Below, one piece after another: positions 23,640 to 35,900 of a stretch of DNA of 64,000 bases. Below the pieces are notes generated by a model. It saw only the letters and a program-made list of their open reading frames with translations. It made no database searches and was not told where the DNA came from. The DNA comes from Eledone cirrhosa (lineage: Eukaryota), in assembly GCA_964016885.1 (NCBI GenBank), contig OZ024760.1, forward strand, positions 30,752,001 to 30,816,000, given 5' to 3'. Position 1 is the stretch's first letter; each line of letters opens with the position of its first letter. Made by a program: the position numbers and the translations under genes.

Positions 23640-26600
23640 ACTGTGTAATGTTATGTAATGTAATATGATGTGTAATGTAATGTAATGTAATGTAATGTAA
23701 TGTAATGTAACGTGTAATGTAACGTAATGTAATGTAATGTAATGTGTAATGTAATGTAATGTAATGTAATGTAATGTAATGTAATGTAATGTCTAATGTA
23801 ATGTAATGTATTGTAATGTAATGTGTAATGTAATGTAATGTAATGTAATGTAATGTGTAATGTAATGTAATGTAATGTAATGTAATGTAATGTAATGTAA
23901 TGTAATGTAATGTGTAATGTAATGTGTAATGTAATGTAATGTAACGTAATGTAACGTAATGTGTAATGTAATGTAATTTAATGTAATCTAATGTGTAATG
24001 TAATGTAATGTGTAATGTAATGTAATGTATAATGTAATGTAATGAATAATGTAATGTAATGTAATGTAATGTAATGTAATGTAATGTAATGTAATTTAAT
24101 GTTATGTGTAATGTAATGTAATGTAATGTAATGTGTAATGTAATGTAATGTAATGTAATGTGTAATGAAATGTAATGTAATGTAATGTAATGTAATGTAA
24201 TGTGTAATGTAATGTAATGTAATGTAATGTATAATGTAATGTAATGTAATGTAATGTGTAATGTCATGTAATGTAATGTAATGTAATGTAATGTAATGTA
24301 ATGTAATGTATAATGTAAGGTAACGTAATGTAATGTAACGTAATGTAACGTGTAATGTAATGTAATGTAATGTAATGTAATGTAATGTGTAATGTAATGT
24401 AATGTAATGTAATGTAATGTAATGTAATGTAATGTAATGTAATGTGTAAGGTAAAATGTAATGTAATGTAATGTAATGTAATATAATGTAATGTGTAATG
24501 TAATGTAACGTAATGTGTAATGTAATGTAATGTAATGTAATGTGTAATGTAATATAATGTAATGTAATGTAATGTAATGCAATGTAATGTAATGTAATGT
24601 GTAATGTAATGTAACATAATGTGTAATGTAATGTAATGTAATGTGTAATGTAATGTAATGTAATGTAATGTATAATGTAATGTAATGTAATGTGTAATGT
24701 AATGTAATGTAAGGTAATGTAATGTAATGTAATGTAATGTAATGTGTAAGGTGTAATGTAATGTAATGTAATATAATGTAATGTGTAATGTAATGTAACG
24801 TTATGTGTAATGTAATGTAATGTAATGTAATGTAATGTAATGTAATGTGTAATGTAATGTAATGTAATGTGTAATGTAATGTAATATAATATAATATAAT
24901 ATAATATAATATAACATCACATAATATGTAATGAAATGTAATGTAATGTAATATAATGTAAAGTAATGTAATGTAATGTAATGTAATGTAATGTAATGTA
25001 ATGTAATGTAATGTAATGTGTAATGTAAGGTAACATAATGTAATGTAATGTAATGTAATGTGTAATGTAATGTAATGTAATGTAATGTAATGTGTAATTT
25101 AATGTAATGTAATGTAATGTAACGTAATGTGTAATGTAATGTAATGTAATGTGTAATGTAATGTAATATAATATAATATAATATAATATAATATAACATC
25201 ACATAATATGTAATGAAATGTAATGTAATGTAATATAATGTAAAGTAATGTAATGTAATGTAATTTAATGTAATGTAATGTAATGTAATGTAATGTAATG
25301 TGTAATGTAAGGTAACATAATGTAATGTAATGTAATGTAATGTAATGTAATGTAATGTAATGTGTAATGTAATGTAATGTGATGTGTAATTTCATGTAAT
25401 GTAATGTAATGTGTAATGTAATGTAATGTAATGTAATGTAATGTAATGTAATGTAATGTAATGTAATGTAATCTAATGTAATATGTAATGCATAATGTAA
25501 TGTAATGTAATGTAACGTAATATAATGTAATGTAATGTAATGTAATGTAATGTAATGTAATGTAATGTAATGTAATGTAATGTAATGTAATGTGTAATGT
25601 AATGTAATGTAATGTAATGTAATGTAATGTAATGTGTAACGTAATGTAATGTGATGTGTAATTTCATGTAATGTAACGTAATGTAATGTAATGTAATGTA
25701 ATGTAACGTGTAATGTAACGTAATGTAATGTAATGTAATGTAATGTAATGTGTAATGTAATGTGTAATGTAATGTAATGTAATATAATGTAATGTGTAAT
25801 GTAATGTAATGCAATGTAATGTAATGTAATGTGTAATGTAATGTAATGTGTAATGTAATGTAATGTACTGTGTAATGTCATGTAATGTAATATGATGTGT
25901 AATGTAATGTAATGTAATGTAATGTAATGTAATGTAATGTAATGTAACGTGTAATGTAACGTAATGTAATGTAATGTAATGTAATGTGTAATGTAATGTA
26001 ATGTAATGTAATGTAATGTAATGTCTAATGTAATGTAATGTATTGTAATGTAATGTGTAATGTAATGTAATGTAATGTAATGTAATGTGTAATGTAATGT
26101 AATGTAATGTAATGTAATGTAATGTAATGTAATGTAATGTGTAATGTAATGTGTAATGTAATGTAATGTAACGTAATGTAACGTAATGTGTAATGTAATG
26201 TAATTTAATGTAATCTAATGTGTAATGTAATGTAATGTGTAATGTAATGTAATGTATAATGTAATGTAATGTATAATGTAATGTAATGTAATGTAATGTA
26301 ATGTAATGTAATGTAATGTAATTTAATGTTATGTGTAATGTAATGTAATGTAATGTAATGTGTAATGTAATGTAATGTAATGTAATGTGTAATGAAATGT
26401 AATGTAATGTAATGTAATGTAATGTAATGTAATGTGTAATGTAATGTAATGTAATGTAATGTATAATGTAATGTAACGTAATGTAATGTGTAATGTCATG
26501 TAATGTAATGTAATATAATGTAATGTAATGTAATGTAAGGTAATGTAATGTAATGTAATGTATAATGTAAGGTAACGTAATGTAATGTAACGTAATGTAA

Positions 26601-29600
26601 CGTGTAATGTAATGTAATGTAATGTAATGTAATGTAATGTTTAATGTAATGTAATGTAATGTAATGTAATGTAATGTAATGTAATGTAATGTAATGTAAT
26701 GTAATGTAATGTAATGTAATGTGTAAGGTAAAATGTAATGTAATGTAATGTAATGTAATATAATGTAATGTGTAATGTAATGTAACGTAATGTGTAATGT
26801 AATGTAATGTAATGTAATGTGTAATGTAATATAATGTAATGTAATGTAATGTAATGCAATGTAATGTAATGTAATGTGTAATGTAATGTAACATAATGTG
26901 TAATGTAATGTAATGTAATGTGTAATGTAATGTAATGTAATGTAATGTATAATGTAATGTAATGTAATGTGTAATGTAATGTAATGTAAGGTAATGTAAT
27001 GTAATGTAATGTAATGTAATGTGTAAGGTGTAATGTAATGTAATGTAATATAATGTAATGTGTAATGTAATGTAACGTTATGTGTAATGTAATGTAATGT
27101 AATGTAATGTAATGTAATGTAATGTGTAATGTAATGTAATGTAATGTGTAATGTAATGTAATATAATATAATATAATATAATATAATATAACATCACATA
27201 ATATGTAATGAAATGTAATGTAATGTAATATAATGTAAAGTAATGTAATGTAATGTAATGTAATGTAATGTAATGTAATGTAATGTAATGTAATGTGTAA
27301 TGTAAGGTAACATAATGTAATGTAATGTAATGTAATGTGTAATGTAATGTAATGTAATGTAATGTAATGTGTAATTTAATGTAATGTAATGTAATGTAAC
27401 GTAATGTGTAATGTAATGTAATGTAATGTGTAATGTAATGTAATATAATATAATATAATATAATATAATATAATATAACATCACATAATATGTAATGAAA
27501 TGTAATGTAATGTAATATAATGTAAAGTAATGTAATGTAATGTAATTTAATGTAATGTAATGTAATGTAATGTAATGTAATGTGTAATGTAAGGTAACAT
27601 AATGTAATGTAATGTAATGTAATGTAATGTAATGTAATGTAATGTGTAATGTAATGTAATGTGATGTGTAATTTCATGTAATGTAATGTAATGTGTAATG
27701 TAATGTAATGTAATGTAATGTAATGTAATGTAATGTAATGTAATGTAATGTAATCTAATGTAATATGTAATGCATAATGTAATGTAATGTAATGTAACGT
27801 AATATAATGTAATGTAATGTAATGTAATGTAATGTAATGTAATGTAATGTAATGTAATGTAATGTAATGTAATGTGTAATGTAATGTAATGTAATGTAAT
27901 GTAATGTAATGTAATGTGTAACGTAATGTAATGTGATGTGTAATTTCATGTAATGTAACGTAATGTAATGTAATGTAATGTAATGTAACGTGTAATGTAA
28001 CGTAATGTAATGTAATGTAATGTAATGTAATGTGTAATGTAATGTGTAATGTAATGTAATGTAATATAATGTAATGTGTAATGTAATGTAATGCAATGTA
28101 ATGTAATGTAATGTGTAATGTAATGTAATGTGTAATGTAATGTAATGTACTGTGTAATGTCATGTAATGTAATATGATGTGTAATGTAATGTAATGTAAT
28201 GTAATGTAATGTAATGTAATGTAATGTAACGTGTAATGTAACGTAATGTAATGTAATGTAATGTAATGTGTAATGTAATGTAATGTAATGTAATGTAATG
28301 TAATGTCTAATGTAATGTAATGTATTGTAATGTAATGTGTAATGTAATGTAATGTAATGTAATGTAATGTGTAATGTAATGTAATGTAATGTAATGTAAT
28401 GTAATGTAATGTAATGTAATGTAATGTAATGTAATGTAATGTAATGTAATGTGTAATGTAATGTGTAATGTAATGTAATGTAACGTAATGTAACGTAATG
28501 TGTAATGTAATGTAATTTAATGTAATCTAATGTGTAATGTAATGTAATGTGTAATGTAATGTAATGTATAATGTAATGTAATGTATAATGTAATGTAATG
28601 TAATGTAATGTAATGTAATGTAATGTAATGTAATTTAATGTTATGTGTAATGTAATGTAATGTAATGTAATGTGTAATGTAATGTAATGTAATGTAATGT
28701 GTAATGAAATGTAATGTAATGTAATGTAATGTAATGTAATGTAATGTGTAATGTAATGTAATGTAATGTAATGTATAATGTAATGTAATGTAATGTAATG
28801 TGTAATGTCATGTAATGTAATGTAATATAATGTAATGTAATGTAATGTAAGGTAATGTAATGTAATGTAATGTATAATGTAAGGTAACGTAATGTAATGT
28901 AACGTAATGTAACGTGTAATGTAATGTAATGTAATGTAATGTAATGTAATGTTTAATGTAATGTAATGTAATGTAATGTAATGTAATGTAATGTAATGTA
29001 ATGTGTAAGGTAAAATGTAATGTAATGTAATGTAATGTAATATAATGTAATGTGTAATGTAACGTAACGTAATGTGTAATGTAATGTAATGTGTAATGTA
29101 ATATAATGTAATGTAATGTAATGTAATGCAATGTAATGTAATGTAATGTGTAATGTAATGTAACATAATGTGTAATGTAATGTAACGTAATGTGTAATGC
29201 AATGTAATGTAATGTAATGTATAATGTAATGTAATGTAATGTGTAATGTAATGTAATGTAATGTAATGTAATGTAATGTAATGTAATGTAATGTGTAAGG
29301 TGTAATGTAATGTAATGTAATATAATGTAATGTGTAATGTAATGTAACGTTATGTGTAATGTAATGTAATGTAATGTAATGTAATGTGTAATGTAATGTA
29401 ATGTAATGTGTAATGTAATGTAATATAATATAATATAATATAATATAATATATCATCATATAATATGTAATGAAATGTAATGTAATGTAATATAATGTAA
29501 AGTAATGTAATGTAATGTAATTTAATGTAATGTAATGTAATGTAATGTAATGTGTAATGTAAGGTAACATAATGTAATGTAATGTAATGTAATGTGTAAT

Positions 29601-29750
29601 GTAATGTAATGTAATGTAATGTAATGTGTAATTTAATGTAACGTAATGTAATGTAACGTAATGTGTAATGTAATGTGTAATGTAATGTAATATAATATAA
29701 TATAATATAATATAATATAACATCACATAATATGTAATGTAATGTAATGC
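23640..29750. repeat. About 2.7 tandem copies of a 2.28 kb unit
   Basis: The rare marker AAGGTAAAATG occurs at about 24450, 26727 and 29008. Equivalent pseudo-ORF ends fall at 24582/26859/29131 and 25881/28163. Confidence 0.8.
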
Positions 29751-31587
29751 AATGTAATGTAATGTAATGTGTAATGTAATGTAATGTAATGTAATGTAAT
29801 GTAAAGTAATGTGTAATGTAATGTAATGTAATGTAACCTAATGTAATGTAATGTAATGTAATGTGTAATGTAATGTAATGTAGTGTGTAATGTAATGTAA
29901 TGTAATGTGTAATGTAATGTAATGTAATGTGTAATGTCATGTAATGTAATGTAATGTGTAATGTAATGTAATGTAATGTAATGTGTAATGTAAGGTAATG
30001 TAATGTAATGCAATGTAATGTAATGTGAAATGTAATGTAATGTAATGTAATCTAATGTAATGTAATGTATTGTAATGTAATGTAATGTAATGTAATGTAA
30101 TGTAATGTAATGTGTAATGTAATGTAATGTAATGTAATGTAATGTAATGTAATGTAATGTTACGTAATGTAATGTAATGTGTAATGTAATGTAATGTAAT
30201 GTAATGTGTAATGTAATGTAATGTAATGTAATGTAATGTAATGTGTAATGTCATGTAATGTAATGTAATGTGTAATGTAATGTAATGTAATGTAATGTAA
30301 TGTGTAATGTAAGGTAACGTAATGTAATGTAATGTAATGTAATGTAATGTAATGTAATGTAATGTAATGTAATGTAATGTAATGTAATGTATGGTAATGT
30401 AGTGTAATGTAATGTGTAATGTAATGTAATGTAATGTAATGTAATGTAATGTCTAATGTAATGTCTAATGTAATGTAGTGTAACGTAATGTAATGTAATG
30501 TAATGTGTAATGTAATGTAATGTAATGTCTAATGTAATGTAATGTAATGTAATGTGTAATGTAATGTAATGTAATGTAATGTAATGTGTAATGTAATGAG
30601 TAATGTAATGTAATGTAACGTAATGTAGTGTAATGTAATGTAATGTAATGTAATGTAATGTAATGTAATGTAATGTAATGTAATGTGTAACGTAATGTGT
30701 AATGTAATGTAATGTAATGTAATGTAATGTAATGTGTAATGTAATGTGTAATGTAATGTAATGTAACGTAATGTAATGGAAAGTGTAACGTAATGTAATG
30801 TAATGTAATGTAATGTAATGTAATGTAATGTAATGTGTAATGTAATGTAATGTAATGAAATGTAATGTAATGTGTAATGTAATGTAACGTAATATAATGT
30901 GTAATGTAATGTAATGTAATGTAATGTAATGTAATATAATGTGTAATGTAATGTAATGTAATGTAATGTAATGTAAAGTGTAACGTAATGTAATGTAATG
31001 TAATGTAATGTAATGTAATGTGTAATGTAATGTAATGTAAAGTAATGTGTAATGTAATGTAATGTAATGTAATGTAATATAAAGTAATGTAATGTGTAAT
31101 GTAATGTAATGTAATGTAATGTAATGTAATGTGTAATGTAATGTAATGTAATGTAATGTGTAATGTAATGTAATGTAATGTAATGTAATGTAATGTGTAA
31201 TGTCATGTAATGTAATGTAAAGTGTAATGTAATGTAATGTAATGTAATGTGTAATGTAAGGTAATGTAATGTAATGTAATGTAACGTAATGTGTAATGTA
31301 ATGTAATGTAATGTAATGTAACATGTAATTTAATGTAATGTAACGTAATGTAATTTAATGTGTAATGTAATGTAATGTAATGTAATGTAATGTGTAATGT
31401 GTAATGTAATGTAATGTAATATAATGTAATGTAATGTAATGTAATGTGTAATGTAATGTAATGTAATGTAATGTGTAATGTGTAATGTAATGTATGGTAA
31501 TGTAATGTAATGTAATGTAATGTGTAATGTAATGTAATGTAATGTAATGTAATGTAATGTAATGTAAAGTAATGTATGGTAATGTAA

Positions 31588-31709
31588 TTGTTTCTACTTT
31601 AGGCACAAGGCCAGCAAATTACCCAGTGCATTACTGGTACTTTATTTTATCGACCCCGTAAGGATGAAAGGCAAAGTCAACCTCGGCGGGATTTGAACTC
31701 AGATCATAA
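31588..31709 (-). mobile_element. SINE copy 9, 5'-truncated (about 120 bp; B box present, A box absent) with 19-bp TSD
   Basis: The body stops at ...GAACTCAGATCATAA. TAATGTATGGTAATGTAAT occurs at 31570-31588 and 31707-31725. Confidence 0.88.
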
Positions 31710-32868
31710 TGTATGGTAATGTAATGTAATGTAATGTGTAATGTAACGTAATGTAATGTAATGTAATGTAATGTAATGTAATGTAATGTCTAATGTAATG
31801 TAATGTATTGTAATGTAATGTGTAATGTAATGTAATGTAATGTAATGTAATGTGTAATGTAATGTGTAATGTAATGTGTAATGTAATGTAATGTAACGTA
31901 ATGTAATGTAATGTGTAATGTAATGTAATTTAATGTAATGTAATGTGTAATGTAATGTAATGTGTAATGTAATGTAATGTATAATGTAATGTAATGTAAT
32001 GTAATGTAATGTAATGTAATGTAATGTAATTTAATGTAATGTGTAATGTAATGTAATGTGTAATGTAATGTAATGTAATGTAATGTGTAATGAAATGTAA
32101 TGTAATGTAATGTAATGTAATGTAATGTGTAATGTAATGTAATGTAATGTAATGTAATGTAATGTAATGTAATGTATAATGTAATGTAATGTAATGTAAT
32201 GTAATGTGTAATGTCATGTAATGTAAGGTAATGTAATGTAATGTAATGTAATGTAATGTAATGTAATGTAATGTAATGTAATGTAATGTAATGTAATGTA
32301 ATGTAATGTAATGTAATGTAATGTATAATGTAAGGTAACCTAATGTAATGTAACGTAATGTAACGTGTAATGTAATGTAATGTAATGTAATGTAACGTGT
32401 AATGTAATGTAATGTAATGTAATGTAATGTAATGTGTAATGTAATGTAATGTAATGTAATGTAATGTAATGTAATGTAATGTAATGTAATGTAATGTAAT
32501 GTAATGTAATGTGTAATGTAACGTAACGTAATGTGTAATGTAATGTAATGTAATGTGTAATGTAATATAATATAATGTAATGTAATGTAATGCAATGTAA
32601 TGTAATGCAATGTGTAATGTAATGTAACATAATGTGTAATGTAATGTAACGTAATGTGTAATGTAATGTAATGTAATGTAATGTATAATGTAATGTAATG
32701 TAATGTAATGTGTAATGTAATGTAATGTAATGTAATGTAATGTAACGTAATGTAATGTAATGTAATGTAATGTGTAAGGTGTAATGTAATGTAATGTAAT
32801 ATAATGTAATGTGTAATGTAATGTAACGTAATGTGTAATGTAATGTAATGTAATGTGTAATGTAATGT

Positions 32869-32915
32869 AATATAATATAATATAATATAATATAATATAA
32901 CATCACATAATATGT
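32869..32915. repeat. Representative (AATAT)n-AACATCACATAATATGT cassette, about 45 copies in the window
   Basis: Counted by eye from about 1620 to 63380. Sparse in the left third and dense to the right of 24.9 kb. Confidence 0.85.
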
Positions 32916-35900
32916 AATGAAATGTAATGTAATGTAATATAATGTAATGTAATGTAATGTAATGTAATGTAATGTAATGTAATGTAATGTAATGTAATGT
33001 AATGTGTAATGTAATGTAATGTAATGTAATGTAATGTGTAATGTAAGGTAACATAATGTAATGTAATGTAATGTAATGTGTAATGTAATGTAATGTAATG
33101 TGTAATGTAATGTAATATAATATAATATAATATAATATAATATAACATCACATAATATGTAATGTAATGTAATGAAATGTAATATAATGTAATTTAATGT
33201 AACGTAATGTAATGTAATGTAATGTGTAATGTAATGTAATGTAATGTAATGTGTAATGTAATGTAATGTGTAATGTAATGTAATATAATATAATATAATA
33301 TAATATAATATAACATCACATAATATGTAATGAAATATAATGTAATGTAATATAATGTAATGTAATGTAATGTAATGTAATGTAATGTAATGTAATGTAA
33401 TGTGTAATGTAAGGTAACATAATGTAATGTAATGTAATGTAATGTGTAATGTAATGTAATGTAATGTAATGTAATGTGTAATTTAATGTAATGTAATGTA
33501 ATGTAACGTAATGTGTAATGTAATGTAATGTAATGTAATGTAATGTGTAATGTAATGTAATATAATATAATATAATATAATATAACATCACATAATATGT
33601 AATGTAATGTAATGTAATGTAATATAATGTAATTTAATGTAATGTAATGTAATGTAATGTGTAATGTAATGTAATGTAATGTAATCTAATGTGTAATGTA
33701 ATGTGTAATGTAATGTAATGTAATGCAATGTAATGTAATGTAATGTGTAATGTAATGTAATGTAATGTAATGTAATGTAAAGTAATGTGTAATGTAATGT
33801 AATGTAATGTAACCTAATGTAATGTAATGTAATGTAATGTGTAATGTAATGTAATGTATTGTGTAATGTAATGTAATGTAATGTGTAATGTAATGTAATG
33901 TGTAATGTCATGTAATGTAATGTGTAATGTAATGTAATGTAATGTAATGTAATGTGTAATGTAATGTGTAATGTAATGTAATGTAATGTAATCTAATGTA
34001 ATGTAATGTATTGTAATGTAACGTGTAATGTAATGTAATGTAATGTAATGTAGTGTAATGTAATGTAATGTGTAATGTAATGTAATGTAATGTAATGTAA
34101 TGTAATGTGTAATGTAATGTAATGTTACGTAATGTAATGTAATGTGTAATGTAATGTAATGTAATGTAATGTGTAATGTAATGTAATGTAATGTAATGTA
34201 ATGTGTAATGTCATGTAATGTAATGTAATGTGTAATGTAATGTAATGTAATGTAATGTAATGTAATGTGTAATGTAAGGTAACGTAATGTAATGTAATGT
34301 AATGTAATGTAATGTAATGTAATGTAATGTAATGTAATGTAATGTAATGTATGGTAATGTAATGTAATGTAATGTGTCATGTAATGTAATATAATATAAT
34401 ATAATATAATATAATATAACATCACATAATATGTAATGTAATGTAATGTAATGTAATGTAAGGTAATGTGTAATGTAATGTAATGTAATGTAACCTAATG
34501 TAATGTAATGTAATGTAACCTAATGTAATGTAATGTAATGTAATGTGTAATGTAATGTAATGTAGTGTGTAATGTAATGTAATGTAATGTGTAATGTAAT
34601 GTAATGTAATGTGTAATGTAATGTAATGTAATGTAATGTGTAATGTAATGTAATGTAATGTAATGTGTAATGTAAGGTAATGTAATGTAATGCAATGTAA
34701 TGTAATGTGTAATGTAATGTAATGTAATGTAATCTAATGTAATGTAATGTATTGTAATGTAACGTGTAATGTAATGTAATGTAATGTAATGTAATGTGTA
34801 ATGTAATGTAATGTAATGTAATGTAATGTAATGTAATGTAATGTTATGTAATGTAATGTAATGTGTAATGTAATGTAATGTAATGTAATGTGTAATGTAA
34901 TGTAATGTAATGTAATGTAATGTAATGTGTAATGTAAGGTAACGTAATGTAATGTAATGTAATGTAACGTAATGTAATGTAATGTAATGTAATGTAATGT
35001 AATGTAATGTAATGTAATGTAATGTAATGTAATGTAATGTATGGTAATGTAGTGTAATGTAATGTGTAATGTAATGTAATGTAATGTAATGTAATGTAAT
35101 GTAATGTCTAATGTAATGTAGTGTAACGTAATGTAATGTAATGTAATGTGTAATGTAATGTAATGTAATGTCTAATGTAATGTAATGTAATGTAATGTAA
35201 TGCGTAATGTAATGTAATGTAATGTAATGTGTAATGTAATGTGTAATGTAATGTAATGTAATGTAATGTAATGTAATGTAATGTAATGTAATGTAATGTG
35301 TAATGTAATGAGTAATGTAATGTAATGTAACGTAATGTAATGTAATGTAATGTAATGTAATGTAATGTAATGTAATGTAATGTAATGTAATGTGTAACGT
35401 AATGTGTAATGTAATGTAATGTAATGTAATGTAATGTGTAATGTAATGTGTAATGTAATGTAATGTAACGTAATGTAATGGAAAGTGTAACGTAATGTAA
35501 TGTAATGTAACGTAATGTAATGTAATATAATGTGTAATGTAATGTAATGTATAATGTAATATAACGTAATGTAATGAAATGTAATGTAACGTAATGTAAT
35601 GTAACGTGTAACGTAATGTAATGTAATGTAATGTAATGTAATGTAATGTAATGTGTAATGTGTAATGTGTAATGTGTAATGTAATCTAATGTAATGTAAT
35701 ATAATGTAATGTAATGTGTAATGTAATGTAATGTAACGTAATGTAATGTAATGTACTGTGTAATGTCATGTAATGTAATATGATGTGTAATGTAATGTAA
35801 TGTAATGTAATGTAATGTAATGTAACGTGTAATGTAACGTAATGTAATGTAATGTAATGTAATGTGTAATGTAATGTAATGTAATGTAATGTAATGTAAT

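Larger units (their letters stand above)
18100..23850. repeat. Duplication, unit about 3.15 kb, carrying the type A + type B SINE pair (5+6 and 7+8)
   Basis: Copies 5 and 7 are offset by 3151 bp and copies 6 and 8 by 3171 bp. Downstream markers ATGGGT, TTTCATG and GCATAAT are shared. Confidence 0.8.

Noticed and set aside
4796-31709. CRISPR-like array (conserved units separated by spacers)
   Set aside because: The units are 185 bp, the spacing is irregular at kb scale, the 'spacers' are satellite, and there are no cas genes.
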